Shown here one piece after another: positions 24,954-40,727 of a DNA stretch of 64,000 bases. Below the pieces are notes generated by a model. It was not told where the DNA came from and did no database searches. It worked only from the letters and a program-made list of their open reading frames with translations. Location: assembly GCF_006345805.1 (NCBI RefSeq), contig NC_043010.1, forward strand, positions 30,504,001-30,568,000, in the 5' to 3' direction. Each line of letters starts with the position of its first letter. Position 1 is the stretch's first letter. This stretch comes from Octopus sinensis (lineage: Eukaryota). A program made the translations under genes and the position numbers.

Positions 24954-26077
24954 TATATATATATATATATACACACACACATAGGTAGATAAATAGTAAG
25001 AGAGATACTTACATGCATACATACATGCATACATATATCTATAGGTTAATATTATATTATATGCATCGAGTATAAGTGAATTGGTAAAAAGATCGAAGCT
25101 TACCACCCTGAATTGTGATTTATTTCTCACCAAACAGTAAGTAGTTACCGCAGCGGCAATTTAGACGCACAGATCAATGCTGTCGACAAAATGGCTCTGT
25201 ATAATTAGCGAAAGTTTCTTTTTGTGCCACTGAACTGAGCTCTTTTCATATACAACGAGATAGACGCAAGATACATAACCTCAATTGTAGTAGAAGCATG
25301 CCAAATGCTACATGTCTTGGCTAGAGAATCAACAAAACCAGATATACGATTCAGTATGCTTTAAAAAACGTCGCATACCGTTCTCTTTCTTTTCTTTCGG
25401 TCTCTCTCTCTTCCTCTTCTCCCTCTCTTTCTTTCTCTCCCTCTTCTCTCTTTCTCCTCCTCTCTTTCTTTTCCTCTTCTCCCTCTCTCACTCGCTTCTT
25501 CTCTCCTCTTACTCTTGCTAACTTTCTCCCACGTGTTCCCCGCCTTTATGTGTGTGCTGAAATTTTTCCTGCACCCGAGCAAATCTAAAATAAATGCTCG
25601 TATTGTTAACAAGATATGAATGATACGCTGTTACTATCTACTCAGGGTAAGTGTTAAAACAAATGAAATAGTATCTGGTTATCCTTATAAATATCTAAAC
25701 TGTAATCTTATTTAGTGAAAGCAAAGATATTTAGTCATGCAACAGAGATGGCTTGTACTTAAAACCTATGTTGATAATGAGAGCACGACTGATTGACATA
25801 AGAGTCGTTCACCAACACACTCCAGCCTTTGGCTCACAAACACAATATCTTTCTTCACTGTCATTCCTACCGGAACTATACCAGCTTCTGTTGCTCGGAA
25901 TTGGCTGAACTCGTGCACATCCGCCACATTCATCTTTCCCCGCCCACATGTCCTCTCCCCTTCCATTCTTCGCTCCGTTACTACAGCTTGTCCCCAGAAT
26001 GTCTTCCTTTTAAAATCCCTACTTACGTTTTCCCTACAACCACAACTGTCAATTTGTAGATGTTAAGCAGAAACGAA

Positions 26078-26298
26078 CCCTTTAACATTGAAACTGGCCA
26101 TATCCGGCCAAAAGATTCTACCAGTTTTATGTTCACACTGACCAGATCCAGCCTTTTCAACTTACCATACAATGTCATTCTATAAATAAACAATTGCATT
26201 ATCGAAATCTTAGAGCTACAAGAAAATGCATGATTAATTTAAAACAATGTGAATAAATAAGCATTACTTTTGGACAGAATAATATGAATGCTAAAGGG
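26078..26298. mobile_element. piggyBac-like MITE
   Basis: CCCTTTAACATT ... AATGCTAAAGGG|TTAA; left TTAA decayed. Confidence 0.7.
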
Positions 26299-27339
26299 TT
26301 AAATGCGTCGATCTCAAAGGTGTCTGAAAACCTGCAAAAACCCTAGTCTCATATCCTTCCTCCAGGCCAGGCCAGTATTTCTAATCTCTCCTGTAATCTA
26401 CTCGTATGTGCTTTTATTTTACTGTAAACATTTTACAAGTGTCTTGTGTTGCATACAAAATTTGACAAAAACCGATCGAGATTGATTACACATCTCTCCC
26501 CACAGTAAATGACGCAATGTGTTTATGTTATTGCGTTTATTTAGTATTGGAGAGACGATCGGTTTATATTAAACAAAAAATTATGAGAGTATTTAATCAG
26601 GGGTACATACGCAATGTATTACGTCAGATGCTATGTAGTGTGATGTATAAAATAACTGTTCTGTAGTTAACACAGACAATGTTTAACAAGTGTTGTGACC
26701 TGGTTGACATTATTGTAGTTATCTTGCATCTAAAAACTGTAGTAACAGAGTCGGTATCTACAGACTGTGTACATTTATTGATTTGTTGATGAGAGATGAG
26801 ACCAATGTTTGCAAGGAAGTAGATAATGTCGCCTGAATCTATATCTGTCTTTTGTTGTTATTTATTGCTGAGGAATTAATTGGAGGCTAAATGACCTTGT
26901 CGAGTTTGGAATTCAGGAAATAGAAAAACCATATTGTAATGTATTTAGTACAACAGCTCTCTGTCATTTCAGCCAACAGAGCGAGAGCCTCTATATGGTA
27001 GCGTTATCTGTTAGAAATAATAACCAAGTATCAGAGTGCCTTTATACGATGGCTTTACTTGCTAGCAGTATCACTCCAATTACAACTTACCATCTTGTGA
27101 AAGGAATTACACTTTGTTTTGTAGTCCTAGATGTCTGAGAGGGATGGTCGTGTAAGGAATCCATTTAACTATAGTTTTGATTGAGCAGGACTTTCTGAAT
27201 CTAAGCAACAATACTCATTATCAAAGAAGACTGAAGTTGGCCGACTTACTAATGCATCTGTATGGGTCTCTGTATTAAATTTTGTCTTTCAGTTCTGAGT
27301 TTATATCCTATCGAGATAGACATTACATTATATGCAGAC

Positions 27340-27521
27340 AAGGCAGTGTAGTTAACAAGCTTGCTTTGCAAACACGTGGTTTCAGGTTCACTCCCACTAC
27401 GCCGTACTTTGGGCAAGATCTTTTACTATAGCTCCTGGTTGACCAATGCCTAGTGAGTGAATTTAGTAGACACAATTAAGTGAAGCCTGTCGTATATGTT
27501 TGTATGTGTGTGTGTGTGTGT

Positions 27522-27553
<32 letters not shown>

Positions 27554-27614
27554 ATCTTTGCCTAGTGTTTGACACACACCGCTCGACAACTGGTATTGAT
27601 TTTATTACGTCCCC
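27340..27614 (+). mobile_element. Old SINE-A, truncated by a PLE fragment
   Basis: Head, TG array, tail broken at ACGTCCC. Confidence 0.7.
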
Positions 27615-27619
27615 TTCCG

Positions 27620-28328
27620 TCGCCTCTAGCTAGATCCCAACACCCTCCCTATTTTCTCCAATCCACCCTTGCCCTCCTTCAAATGCGCCCGTAACCTTCA
27701 CAACCTACTTCTCCGTAGTTCCCCCCACTTCCATTCAAACCCAACCGGATCCTTCCCTTGCTCCAGACTCCGTTGCCACACATGTCCTTTCACCACCCAC
27801 ACCACCTCCCGCTCTGGATCCAATCAACACACCCTCTACATTAGGAACTCCTCCTGCACTTCTTCAAGCACACACACAGATCTTACTCCTCCCCACACAC
27901 ACACACACGCACATACACGCGCACACACAGTTACCACCACACACATATACATACAGTTATAGCCACAAACACATACACACGCTACCACACATACACACGG
28001 TACTACACATACCACGCGCTACCATACAAACGCGCGCGCACGCATACTGACCATTTCCCACTCTCCTGTTCCAGAAAGCATTTTTTCTTTATTCCTACTA
28101 TTGGTCACTTATTTCAAAAATGTAACTGCACATGATTGTTGGCAATCTTTTTCCTCCTCCGTCTTGGACTTTGCTGTTTCTTCCTGTTTCCGAGGATGAG
28201 CTATGCTCAAAACGAAAAACTTCTCTTTTCCTTCTCTGGGCGTTTTATCAAAACATTGCTCGTGCCACGTTCAAACATTTCTATCCTTTTTTTCTTTTAT
28301 CCATGTCGTTTTGAATTAAATCTATAAT

Positions 28329-28330
<2 letters not shown>
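27620..28330 (+). mobile_element. Penelope-like fragment (linker/Zn region, 3' UTR)
   Basis: PLPSFKCARNLHNLLLRS...GSFPCSRLRCHTC...SCTSS matches the PLE motif just upstream of GIY-YIG. The GIY-YIG itself is replaced by a CA-rich tract. Confidence 0.75.
28186..28220 (+). ncRNA. Inactivated hammerhead relic
   Basis: GUUU-CCGAGGA-U-GAGC(UAU)GCUC-AAA-ACGA-A-AAAC: correct geometry, but U4C, G12A and U16.1A. Confidence 0.45.
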
Positions 28331-28373
<43 letters not shown>

Positions 28374-28401
28374 GATATATATATATATATATATATATAT
28401 A

Positions 28402-29680
<1,279 letters not shown>

Positions 29681-30137
29681 GTGACCCCCTTCGGTTACAA
29701 AGTTACCCTCCAAGGCACAAGTCTGGGCAAGGTTGTTTATGGAAGATCAGCAGTCGCCCATTCATACCGGCCTCCCCCCTCCACGCCACCGATGTTATCT
29801 AAGGGAAAGTCAAAGGCCAATACAGCTTCGCACCAGTGACGTCGCAGCTCATTTATTAACGTGCAAGTGGCTGAGCACTCCACAGACACGTGTACCCTTA
29901 ACGTAGTTCTCGGGGAGAATCAGCGTGACACAGAGTGTGACAAGGCTGGCCTTTTGAAATACAGGTACAACAGAAACAGGCAGAAAGAGTGAGAGAAATT
30001 TAAGGTGAAAGAGTACAGCAGGGTTCATCACCACCTGCCGGAGCTTTAGGTGTTTTCTCTCAGTAAACACTCACAATGCCCGGTCTGGGAATCGAAACCG
30101 CGATCCTAAGACCACTGCCCTAACCACTGGACCATTG

Positions 30138-30142
<5 letters not shown>
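29681..30142 (-). mobile_element. SINE-C with an alternative 3' tail
   Basis: Head/body match 35727-36022 down to ATTAACGTG (~29855), then a different tail ending GTAACCGAAGGGGGTCAC. Confidence 0.85.
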
Positions 30143-30189
<47 letters not shown>

Positions 30190-30552
30190 ATATATATATA
30201 TATATATTATATATATATATGCACAGGCGTGGATTTGTGATGAGAAGTTTGCTTCCCAGCTACATGGTTCCAGATTCTGTCTCACAGCGTGGCCCTTTGG
30301 GCAAGCGACTCCTACTATAGTCTCAGGGTGACCAAAGCCTTGTCAGTAGATTTGGTAGGCGGAAACAGATTGAAGCTTCTCTATGTGTGTGTGTGTGTGT
30401 ATACACGAAACACTGACACTTTAGAAGTGTACATTTTTTATGTCATAGTATAATAAAAATTAAACCTATGAATTTTTGACTACTCGATCCTACTTGTTCA
30501 TATTCACACTATCTATCTATCTATCTATCTATCTTTCTATCTTTCTATCTAA

Positions 30553-30637
<85 letters not shown>

Positions 30638-30638
<1 letters not shown>

Positions 30639-30838
30639 CACGAAGCTTTGTCAGCGAACAGGTCGTGGTCTCAAAGCGACGAAAATATTTTGACAAATTA
30701 AATTTAAATGTTGAAGTGAATCTAACGGTTTTGTGTGTTTCTTAAATGGCTTATAAACACCTTCCACGCTGCAATTGTTTTCGTTCCAGCACACGATCTC
30801 AGATCAAGTCACTCGCTATGCAAGTACATCTCCGTAAT
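30638..30838 (+). mobile_element. Single copy of family P2 between (TA)n arrays
   Basis: High identity to the arms at 1588-1905. Confidence 0.85.
30647..30697 (+). ncRNA. Candidate minimal hammerhead, G3:C8 variant (U4C)
   Basis: UUUGUCA-GCGAACA-G-GUCGU(loop)GCGAC-GAA-AAUAUU-U-UGACAAA; perfect 7-bp stem I. Confidence 0.5.
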
Positions 30839-31242
30839 ATATATATATATATATATATATATTTCAACAATTAGTAATGGCTATATGAAATCGAATAAAC
30901 CGATTTGCATAAATAACGTGTTCTTCTTGTCAGTTAGATCGGTTAATATAATTACTGATGCATCAGTTCTGTTCGACTTTGATGTTCTACAAAGGCAGTC
31001 ATTTACTATTAGCCACTCTATTTAAATAATTTTAATAAACACACGCAGAGAACTGCCCGAAAGCAGTTGGTTTATTTTGTAGTATATTGCGACAAAGCTA
31101 ACATTGCTAACGATGTGCAACTTACTAATCGAATTAGCTGCCAATAAAATATTTATGTAAATCGAGTTAACTATAAACACATGCATTTATGTATGTATGT
31201 ATACATATATACACAAACACATATATATATATATATACACAC

Positions 31243-31304
<62 letters not shown>

Positions 31305-31329
31305 GCGTGTGTATGTATCTATGTATATA

Positions 31330-31491
31330 GGCGCAGGCGTTGCTGCCTGGTAAGAAGCTTGCTTCCCAGACAAATGGTTCAGGGTTCAGTTCTACTGCAT
31401 GGCACCACGACAAATGTCTTCCACTATAGCAACGGGCCGACCAAAGCCTTGTGATTAGATTTGTTAGACGGAAACTGAAAGAACCCCATCT

Positions 31492-31536
<45 letters not shown>

Positions 31537-31720
31537 TTGTGTGTCTGTCTGTGTTTGTCCCGCCACCATCTCTTGACAACCGATGTTGGTGTGTTTACAT
31601 CCCCGTAACTTCGCTGTTCGGCCCAAGAGGTTGATAGAATAAGTCCTGGGGTCGATTTCTTTGACGAAAAGGCGGTACTCCCGCATGACCACAATGAAAT
31701 GACTGAAACAAATAAAAGAA
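31330..31720 (+). mobile_element. SINE-A, near complete
   Basis: GGCGCAGGCGTTGCT head through AAATGACTGAAACAAATAAAAGA. Confidence 0.85.
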
Positions 31721-32389
31721 TATATATATATATATATATATATATAATCTCAACAATTAGTAATGGCTATATTAAATCGGATAAACCGATTTGCATAAAT
31801 TATGTGTTCTTGTCAGTTAGTTCGATTAATAAATTACTGATGCCGAACATGAAACAATCCTTCGTTCGAATAGTGGCTTTCGATGCTTGCATAAAGCTAT
31901 AAATAATACCATATAAATGTGGGGTTGAAAAACCCTTTTGCGTATAAGATGTCGATGGCCTTCGGTATATTCTATTCCAAAGCGTTTTTCAACCTAATGT
32001 TTACATGTTAATATGTGTGCCTTCAGCTCCACCAATTCAATCCTACGTGCAGCTTTCGGACTTTTTCTAGTCAAAACGCTTTTAACCCAATATTTTCACG
32101 CTATTATTTATAGCTTTTTATAGCTTTATCTATTTCGAGTTCAACTGTTAAATATATAGATATTTCGTTTTGGGATTTGATTTGCAAGATTCTTTATGTG
32201 AGTTCGTGTGTTGAAGCATATTCTGTTGTGTCTGGGGAGAGTCATTTTCTTTTTGTGCCTTGTAATTTAACACACTCACCGGTAAAATTTCCACTTATTC
32301 CTTATTTTTATTTTCCTAAAATTTTCGCTGTGCCTTGCAACCTTTTCAATAATCTTTTGTTATTCCAGGAAAACGTCAGGAATGCACCT

Positions 32390-32420
<31 letters not shown>

Positions 32421-33150
32421 TGTGTGTCAGTGTGCGCGTGTGTGTGTATCAGTATATATATATATTATTGTGTTTGTATTTATATTTACATACGTGTTTG
32501 CATTCAAATGCGAGTTCTTGCTAGTGTATGTATGTTTACTGGTGCAAACTGCCGTGTCGAGCAATATTCCTTTACGTCATGAGGATTCAAAGCATAAAGA
32601 TCGATAAAATAGGTACCAGACCTAAAATACATAGTAGAATCGGTTTGTTCTACTAAAATCCGTTGCTCCATCATGGTTGCAGTCTTCCATCCCACGAGTG
32701 AAACCAGTATGAAAAATCACAAAATAATGTTTTCAAATTTTGGTACAAGGTCAGCGGTTTTAGGGAAGGCGTATGTCGATTATGTCGACCCCACTGCTCA
32801 ACTGGTATTCCATTTTATCGAGTCCGAAAGGATATATCTGCCTCAGTGGCGTTTGACCTCAAAACATAAAATGTCGGAAGTCACATAACGAACTATTCTT
32901 TAGGACGCTCTAACAGTTCTGCCATCTCACCGTTTTACAACTAATAATGGCCTTTTCTCCTATGGGCACAAGGCCTGAAATGTTGTGTAAGAAATGGCTA
33001 CTTGATTACATAGACCCAGTGTTCAACTGGTACTTATTTTATTGACCACCAAAAGGATGCAAAGCAAAGTCAACTTCGGAGGAATTTGAACCCAAACGTA
33101 AAGCCGGAAGACATATCGTTAAGCATTTTATCCGGCGTTGTAACTATTCT

Positions 33151-33556
33151 TATTTCTTTACTGCCCTCAAGGGGCTACACACAGAGGGGACAAACAAGGA
33201 CAGACAAACGGATTAAGTCGATTATATCGACCCCAGCACGTAACTGGTACTTATTTAATCGACCCCGAAAGGATGAAAGACAAGAAAGACCTCAGCGGAA
33301 TTTGAACTCCGAACAGCGGCAGACGAAATACCTATTTCTTTACTACCCACAAGGGGCTAAACACAGAGTGGACAAACAAGGACAGACAAACAGATTAAGT
33401 CGATTACATCGATCTCAGTGCGTAACTGGTACTTAATTTATCGACCCCGAAAGGATGAAAGGCAAAGTCGACCTCTTGAACTCAGAACGTAACGGCAGAC
33501 GAAATACGGCTACGCATTTCGCCCGGCGTGCTAACGTTTCTGCCAGCTCGATGCCT
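33151..33556 (-). mobile_element. SINE-B dimer
   Basis: Junction at 33321-33340; 14-bp TSD GTTGTAACT(A/G)TTCT at 33137-33150 and 33568-33581. Confidence 0.88.
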
Positions 33557-34976
33557 TAATTGTAACTGTTGTAACTGTTCTATCAGCTCATCGCCTCTAG
33601 AATCATAAAAATAATAGCAGTGTATGAATTTTTTTTTCGTTTTGTTTAGAAGAAAAGCATCAAACATTAAAATATTTTAAATACAGAAACTGTAAAAATC
33701 AATAGATAAGACGTAAAATATGATTTCCTTTGAAACGTTTACAATTGGTATCTTACAGAAGAAGGGTGTTATTCTTTATACATAAACTGGCCCTTTACTA
33801 TTAATTTTATGATAGTAAACTCCAAATACAAAAGGTAATATACGCATGAAAGAAAAATCGAACACTTAAAACATTAAAATTCCTATGCAGACTTTCAGAT
33901 CTCTCTTGTGACTCATGGCTTTCTGTTATAGAGGAAATTAAAAGCTATCAGTAAAATGAACCGTATTGATCAATGCCAAAATAAAAAGAATCGATTGAAA
34001 ACTCATTTCAAATAGAGAACATGAAAAAATCATTTACAATTTTTAAAATATCGTTAGTTCAGAAATGGGTAAAAAATGAAAACTTATTTGGAATATTAAA
34101 CACTTCTTCAATACAAAATGAACAGCAATGAAACAAAATGTTTATTTAGTAAATATACACATTAATATTTTGCGGTTTACCATTGACGCTTTAGCATTTG
34201 AACCGGCTATATCTGATCCAAATATTCTACCAAATCGACGGTCTTCACTCTCCGATTTGTAAGCCAGTTAAAAGCAACTTGATCTCACCGTGTTTTGAAC
34301 ACAGAGTGCAGAGGGTTGAAAGAAATTCTGCGAAGCGTTCCATTCGACGATCTAACAATTCGGCTAATTCGCCACCTCTTTCGTCGATTACATAATATCT
34401 TTTATTATGTGTAACTGTCATATGCAGCAGTACTTAAATTAAAGTACTCGTTTATGTATCATACTTAATGTAAATACATCGTTGAAAGGCAAATTTACTG
34501 CCGTAATTCTCCGGAGATATCTCTTATGGATGTGCGATGTTTAAAACCATAATATATGTGAGAGAAAGACGAAAATCGTTCCAGCATCGGCTAATGAGAA
34601 CATTAGATACATTTTCGCCTCGTTGGGCTTTGTCGATAACTTGTACTTACAGCCTGCAAGCTTAGGCGAAATTTATCGCCACTGAAAAACAGCAAGAATA
34701 AATAATCACTGGCACTGCGGATAGCCATTCGGCTAAATATAAATCCGTATTATTTACCAGAAGCAGTTTTAGATTAAAATAGATATTATATATCATACTT
34801 AATGTAAATATATCGTAGTCAGTAAATTTACTGTATTTGGCCGGAGATAACATCCCTTATGGATATGCTGTTTTTTTTTCTTCTTTTAAACTGTATATTG
34901 GCTAGCTGTGGCTAGTGGGAACTTTCGATGTAGTCCTGTCTCGTTGAACGCTTTCAATGTGTGTGTGTGTGTGTGT

Positions 34977-35025
<49 letters not shown>

Positions 35026-35726
35026 TTAAAAGTTCTGTTTATATGTGTAGTTCATAAGTTTAATGTATTGGTTTCAAGTTTTTTTTACATAAGACCAATA
35101 ATTTGATGGGAGTGCGATAAGTCGATTACGTCTATTGCAATGCTCAACTGGTACGTATTTTATCGACTCGAAACGGATGAAAAGTAAAATTGACCTCAGA
35201 ACGTAAGGAGGGGCGAAAAGTTGCTATGCATTTTGCCCGGCGTGCTAACGATTCTACCTGCTCCCCGTCTTTCCTAACTTTAATATAATTACATATTAAT
35301 TATAAATGTAATTATATTTCTTCGCTTATTTAACGAAATATTCTTTAATATAACCTTTTAAATAACATAAACGTTCTCAACGTCTGTTGTAAAGAGGTAA
35401 GACGGCAAAGAATAAAAATAATGAGAGACAACAAGTAAATAAATGAATAAATACGCAAATATATAAATATAGAAGAATCTGTTGAAGAGTTCTGAGAATT
35501 GACTTGCCGTAAAGGTGATGAAAATGTAACGTTTGGTAGGTTTGTTTATTCTGAAAGAGAGAGGTGGAGAGAGACAAAGAGAAGTATTTAGCAAACAAAC
35601 AACAAATTAAACGTATACAGACTTACTATGTAAACAACAGACGTGTAAATAGACAACAGATATGTAAATAAACAAATAGGCAGTAAGACTGCGAAGAAAC
35701 AAATAAACATATTTTAATTGTATATT

Positions 35727-36022
35727 GGATGGAAGCACTCCGTCGGTTACGACGACGAGGGTTCCGGTTGATCCGAATCAACGGAACAGCCTACTCGTGA
35801 AATTAACGTGTAAGTGGCTGAGCACTCCACAGACACGTGTACCCTTAACGTAGTTCTCGGGGATATTCAGCGTGACACAGAGAGTGACAAGGCCGGCCCT
35901 TTGAAATACAGGTACAACAGTTTTCGCTCAATAAACACTCACAACGCCCGGTCTGGGAATCGAAACCGCGATCCTACGACCGCGAGTCCGCTGCCCTAAC
36001 CACTGGGCCATTGCGCCTCCAC
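35727..36022 (-). mobile_element. SINE-C (internally deleted)
   Basis: tRNA head GTGGAGGCGCAATGGCCCAGTGGTTAGGG...GGTTTCGATTCCC; perfect 11-bp TSD AATTGTATATT at 35716-35726 and 36023-36033. Confidence 0.92.
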
Positions 36023-36279
36023 AATTGTATATTACACCGTATAGATCAAAGGCACGACTCGCTAGTCGAATGCGATCCGAGGCAAAGTCTGGTCTGCATC
36101 CGGCTCAGCTTTATAAAAATATAATTATCGTTTCATAATTTTAAAAAAATATTTTGTTAAATATAGTAACATGGGTTCCGGTTAATGAAATCAGTGCATC
36201 TTACGAAATATTTTGAACCAATGAAAAAGCTAATAAATCCATATTCTGAAAGATGTAACCTATTTTCCGTTTATTTTGT

Positions 36280-36424
36280 CGCAGGAGTGGCTGTGTGGTA
36301 GCTCCGGGTTGAGTCCCACTGCGTGGCACCATGGGCAAGTGTCTTCTACTATAGCCTCGGGCCGATCAAAGCCTTGTGAGTGAATTTGGTAGACGGAAAC
36401 TGAAATAAGCCCGTCGTATATATG

Positions 36425-36457
<33 letters not shown>

Positions 36458-36660
36458 GTGTGTGTTGTGTGTGTGTGTGTGTGTATGTGTGTTTGTGTGT
36501 CTGTGTCTGTTTGTCCCCCAACATCGCTTGACAACCGATGCTGGTGTGTTTACGTCCCCGTAACTTAGCGGTTCGGCAAAAGGGAGCGATAGAATAAGTA
36601 CTAGGCTTACAAAGAATAAGTTCTGGGGTCGATTTCGTCGACTAAAGGCGGTGCTCCAGC
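36280..36660 (+). mobile_element. SINE-A
   Basis: Head, CORE-like domain, central TA/TG array, tail to GGTGCTCCAGC. Confidence 0.9.
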
Positions 36661-39092
36661 AAAAGAGTCAAAGAATACACATCGAGCCAAACGAAATTTT
36701 TTAAAGTCTTTCTCTCAAGTTTTTGTACGTGATCGTCCGAGTATATTCCAGTGACATGAAAAATATCAGGAAGTTTTGAATCGGAAACAGCACTAGCTTT
36801 TTCTCTTGTTCTTAGGTGAATATGGCAATCATTTTGCAATCATGAGGTCGGGGTTTTGATTTCGCTGCATTTCATCTTGGGTAATGGTCATTTTTAAAGC
36901 CACGATTCGATACATAAACTATGAGTGAAATGAATAAGCTATAGACGAACCTGTAATTCAAAGGTTCGCACTTGTGTCACGGAATCATTGTATCACGGTG
37001 AGTTTGCCCGAGAACTATGATAAAGTTTAATGTGACTGGGAAACACCTTAGTCACTTAGACGCTAATTCAACGAGTCTGATCATTTTTAATCCATCTAAC
37101 AGCTTATGGTCGGAAATTCTGACTGAGATCCCTTTATTTGGTTACTTTCTGTCTCTTTGTTTCGTTTGTCAGTTTTCTAGGTGGTTGGTGAAATGCTGGA
37201 ATAGTTATGTATTTGTGTCCCCGAAACGATAACAGAACATAACTGAGATGTTTTCTATTTACGGACACTGTTATTGTCGTTGATCATTTGTAGTTTCAGA
37301 CCTGACCTGATCGAGTTGACTGACCTTTAGTCAAAGACGTTCCATCCGTCATTATTCACCCTTTATCAGACATAGTATCGCTAGAAATACATTATTCCAT
37401 CTGTCTTTTTAGAATGGGATTTGAGAGAAATTTGGTTATTATTTCCAGAAAAGTTGTGTCGTCGCAAAGAGGTGATATGACCGGTTGTGTAAATATAAAT
37501 TAAAAACAACGAGTAAAAGAACGGATCTTTTTAGTACACTATTAGGGGAATTACATATTTTTGATGCATTGTTTTCATATCCTATATACGTTTGGTCACT
37601 TGAGAGAGAGAACACTTGTAGGCTTTTTATATTGTTTTTTTTTTTTAGAGTTATATTTTATTATTCTGTATTTCAGTAAGACTGCGATCTGGGGAAATCG
37701 TTCGCGTATCGAACAAAATGTTTAGCAGCATTTCTTCCGGCTCTTTACGTTCTGAGTTCCAATTCAGCTTTGTCTTTCATCCTTCCAAGGTCGATAAAAT
37801 AAGTCCTGAAGTCAATGTAATCCACTTACCATCCCCTAAAATTGCTGGTCTTGCGCCAAAGTTTGAAGCAATTATAAGTAGGTGACAGGGAATGCTAATG
37901 TTTATAATGATTAGGATAATGATGATGTGTGTAGGAATTTTTGATGCTGCTATTGTAATTGAGGTCTTTAGGTATTCTTGTGTAAGGTTTATGAAAGAGT
38001 TGAATATAATCCTGCAAACTCAACAAAGAAAACACCCACTTGAATATATAGTTATTGTTCCTTAGAGTGATCGGTTGTATCTTCTGTACTACCTATTTGT
38101 CTAGATGGAATTACCCTCTGTAAACAGGGGATGACTTAAACATGTACTCCCAATGCCCTACAATAGGATACGTACCTTCGATTCACTAACACTTTAGTAA
38201 AACAAAAACAATGATGTTGTGAGTGGGTAGAATATCTAAACATGCTGTACACTGTTTCTAGACGTACCTACCACCCTCTGTTCATTCTGATTAGGATTTC
38301 TTACAATGTCACGAAACCACAAGTTTTGGGGGTATTGATTAAATTAAACACAGTACATGTCTGGTGCTTATTTTAATGACTCTTCTCTCCAACTTTTTTC
38401 CTGGAGAGATGAAAGAAAGAATTGGCTTCAACGAGATTTGAACTAAGAAAGAGACAAAATTATTAAATCAACTCCAGGACAAGACCTATTTTATAGATTC
38501 TAGAAGGATGAAAGATAAAATCGATCCTCAAAGATTTAAACTCAAAATATCCTTCCTACTCTAGGCACAAAGCCTGAAATTTTGGGGGAAGGGGCTAGTC
38601 GATTACACTGACCCCAGAACATGATTGGTATTTATTCTACTAATCCCGAAAGGATGAGAGCGAAATTGACCTCAGCGGAATATGAACGCAGAACGAAAAG
38701 ACGTGCGAAATGTCGTTATGTCCGGGGTGTTAAAGACTCTGCCAGCTCGCCGCCTTCATTTCAATTCAAAATATGGAAAAAAAGCGTAACCGAATACTGT
38801 AAGACATATTAGCTATCGTCTGCCAAATACAGCTCCTGCTTATTCATTCAAATAATAACAATTGATAAGGATCCGTATGTTTTATATCTGTTTCCTATCT
38901 GTTTTACACGTTTTATGCTGAACTATAAATCAATTTTCGATTAATTTACTCGGAAATAAACAAAGTAAAACAACCCAAAATGGAGGAAATAGATTTGTTC
39001 AAAGGTTTCTGCAGTAGTAATATAAACACTCACACATGCACACACACAGAGAATATACATATAGAGAGGTACAACGCATATACATATATGAG

Positions 39093-39126
<34 letters not shown>

Positions 39127-39564
39127 TTAGAGACAAAACCACTATGTATGTATATGTATGTATATGTATATATATATATATATGTATGTATGTATATATA
39201 TATATATGTAGCATCACTGATTATGTGAAGCTAGAGACTGTTTTTCTTTCAGCAGGTTAAATGTCGTTACACTAACGTTACACGAAGCACAAATCAATGA
39301 GGTCTCGTGAGATACATTAAATATATAACATATATATATATATTAAAGTAATGAAACAACAACCCTACACGTTTACGGCATCCAATAACATAATGGAGAT
39401 ATCAGTTACTACATTATCTTTTGTCAATAATCTGCAAGAATCACGGAGTCAGTTCGTAATTCTCTCAACAAGAACTTCAGTTCTGTGTCAAATTTTGTAA
39501 GTTATTACTATCAATAAAGCAATAACTTAGAATATTTTAAATAGGAGAGCTAGGAGAGCTTTAT

Positions 39565-39721
<157 letters not shown>

Positions 39722-40169
39722 CAGACAGATATAGAGCTAGGAGAGCTTTATATATATATATGTATGTATGTATTGTATATCAAACCAAAGCAGTTATATT
39801 TGATTGTTTTATCCGCGTAATTAGCTCTATATTTGATCACTTGGATTCCTCGTATAGCTACTCTTTACCCCGCGGAATTGGTCCCTCCTAATGATATTGG
39901 AGTCTAAGTACGAATCATTTGAGCGCTGCTGTTTTCTATACCGATAATCTCTGGATCTCATCTGTTGGCTATATTATATATATATATTTTTTTCTCTTGG
40001 GAGTGTTGCAGATTTACCATGCTGCAAAAGGCTCGATAATTGCAAATATATTGCACGTAATCATTGGCAGCATTTAAATTTAGAAATACAGTAAATATTT
40101 GCAAATATTCTGAGTGAGAGTACTCAGTTGTATATTTTGAATGTGAATACTCCATCGTTCGCCACAATC

Positions 40170-40210
<41 letters not shown>

Positions 40211-40727
40211 ACGGTGTGAATATTTGTCAAGAAGACTTGCTCTAATTGTTGCCTGAAGCTATTGTTGCTATATTTGTTGTTCAGCTTCAAGTGAACCTAC
40301 TTGAATGGATCCATAATGAAAGACATTACAGATATGACCATTTCGACTTTTTTTATGTAAATATATCTTTTTCGTTTTTAGACGACAGGATGTGATTTGT
40401 GGCAGATGTGGCTGCTATTTCAACCATGTCGAGCCAACTTCTAGACCGTCACTTTGTTGGCAAACAAACCATTGACTTACGATTTATTAAACTAGTAGGA
40501 CATTATATGACTTTTCTGCTCTATCCTGCTTTAGTTGTACTTTTATAGTAAATTTACTCTTCTTCTATTTCCAAATCTCAAATTTCCGTAGTATTGATAT
40601 AGAATCACATTCTCCTATATAAACATGCTACTATATCGCAGCCAGGCTATTCCCATAATACATATCGAACTCAGCGCTTCCAGACACCGAAACACTCATC
40701 AAATACAGAGTGGTTCCATTATTTGCA

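Noticed and set aside
25641-25970. Strong donor AGG|GTAAGT at 25647 and nearby short ORFs
   Set aside because: No convincing acceptor or recognisable protein, so an exon cannot be supported.
35960-36022. tRNA-like A/B-box heads (here and in all SINE copies)
   Set aside because: They continue into SINE bodies with TSDs and lack a full cloverleaf, so they are not tRNA genes.
36800-37005. Acceptor-like site at 36815 and donor-like site at 36998
   Set aside because: No consistent open exon or protein similarity; needs RNA-seq.
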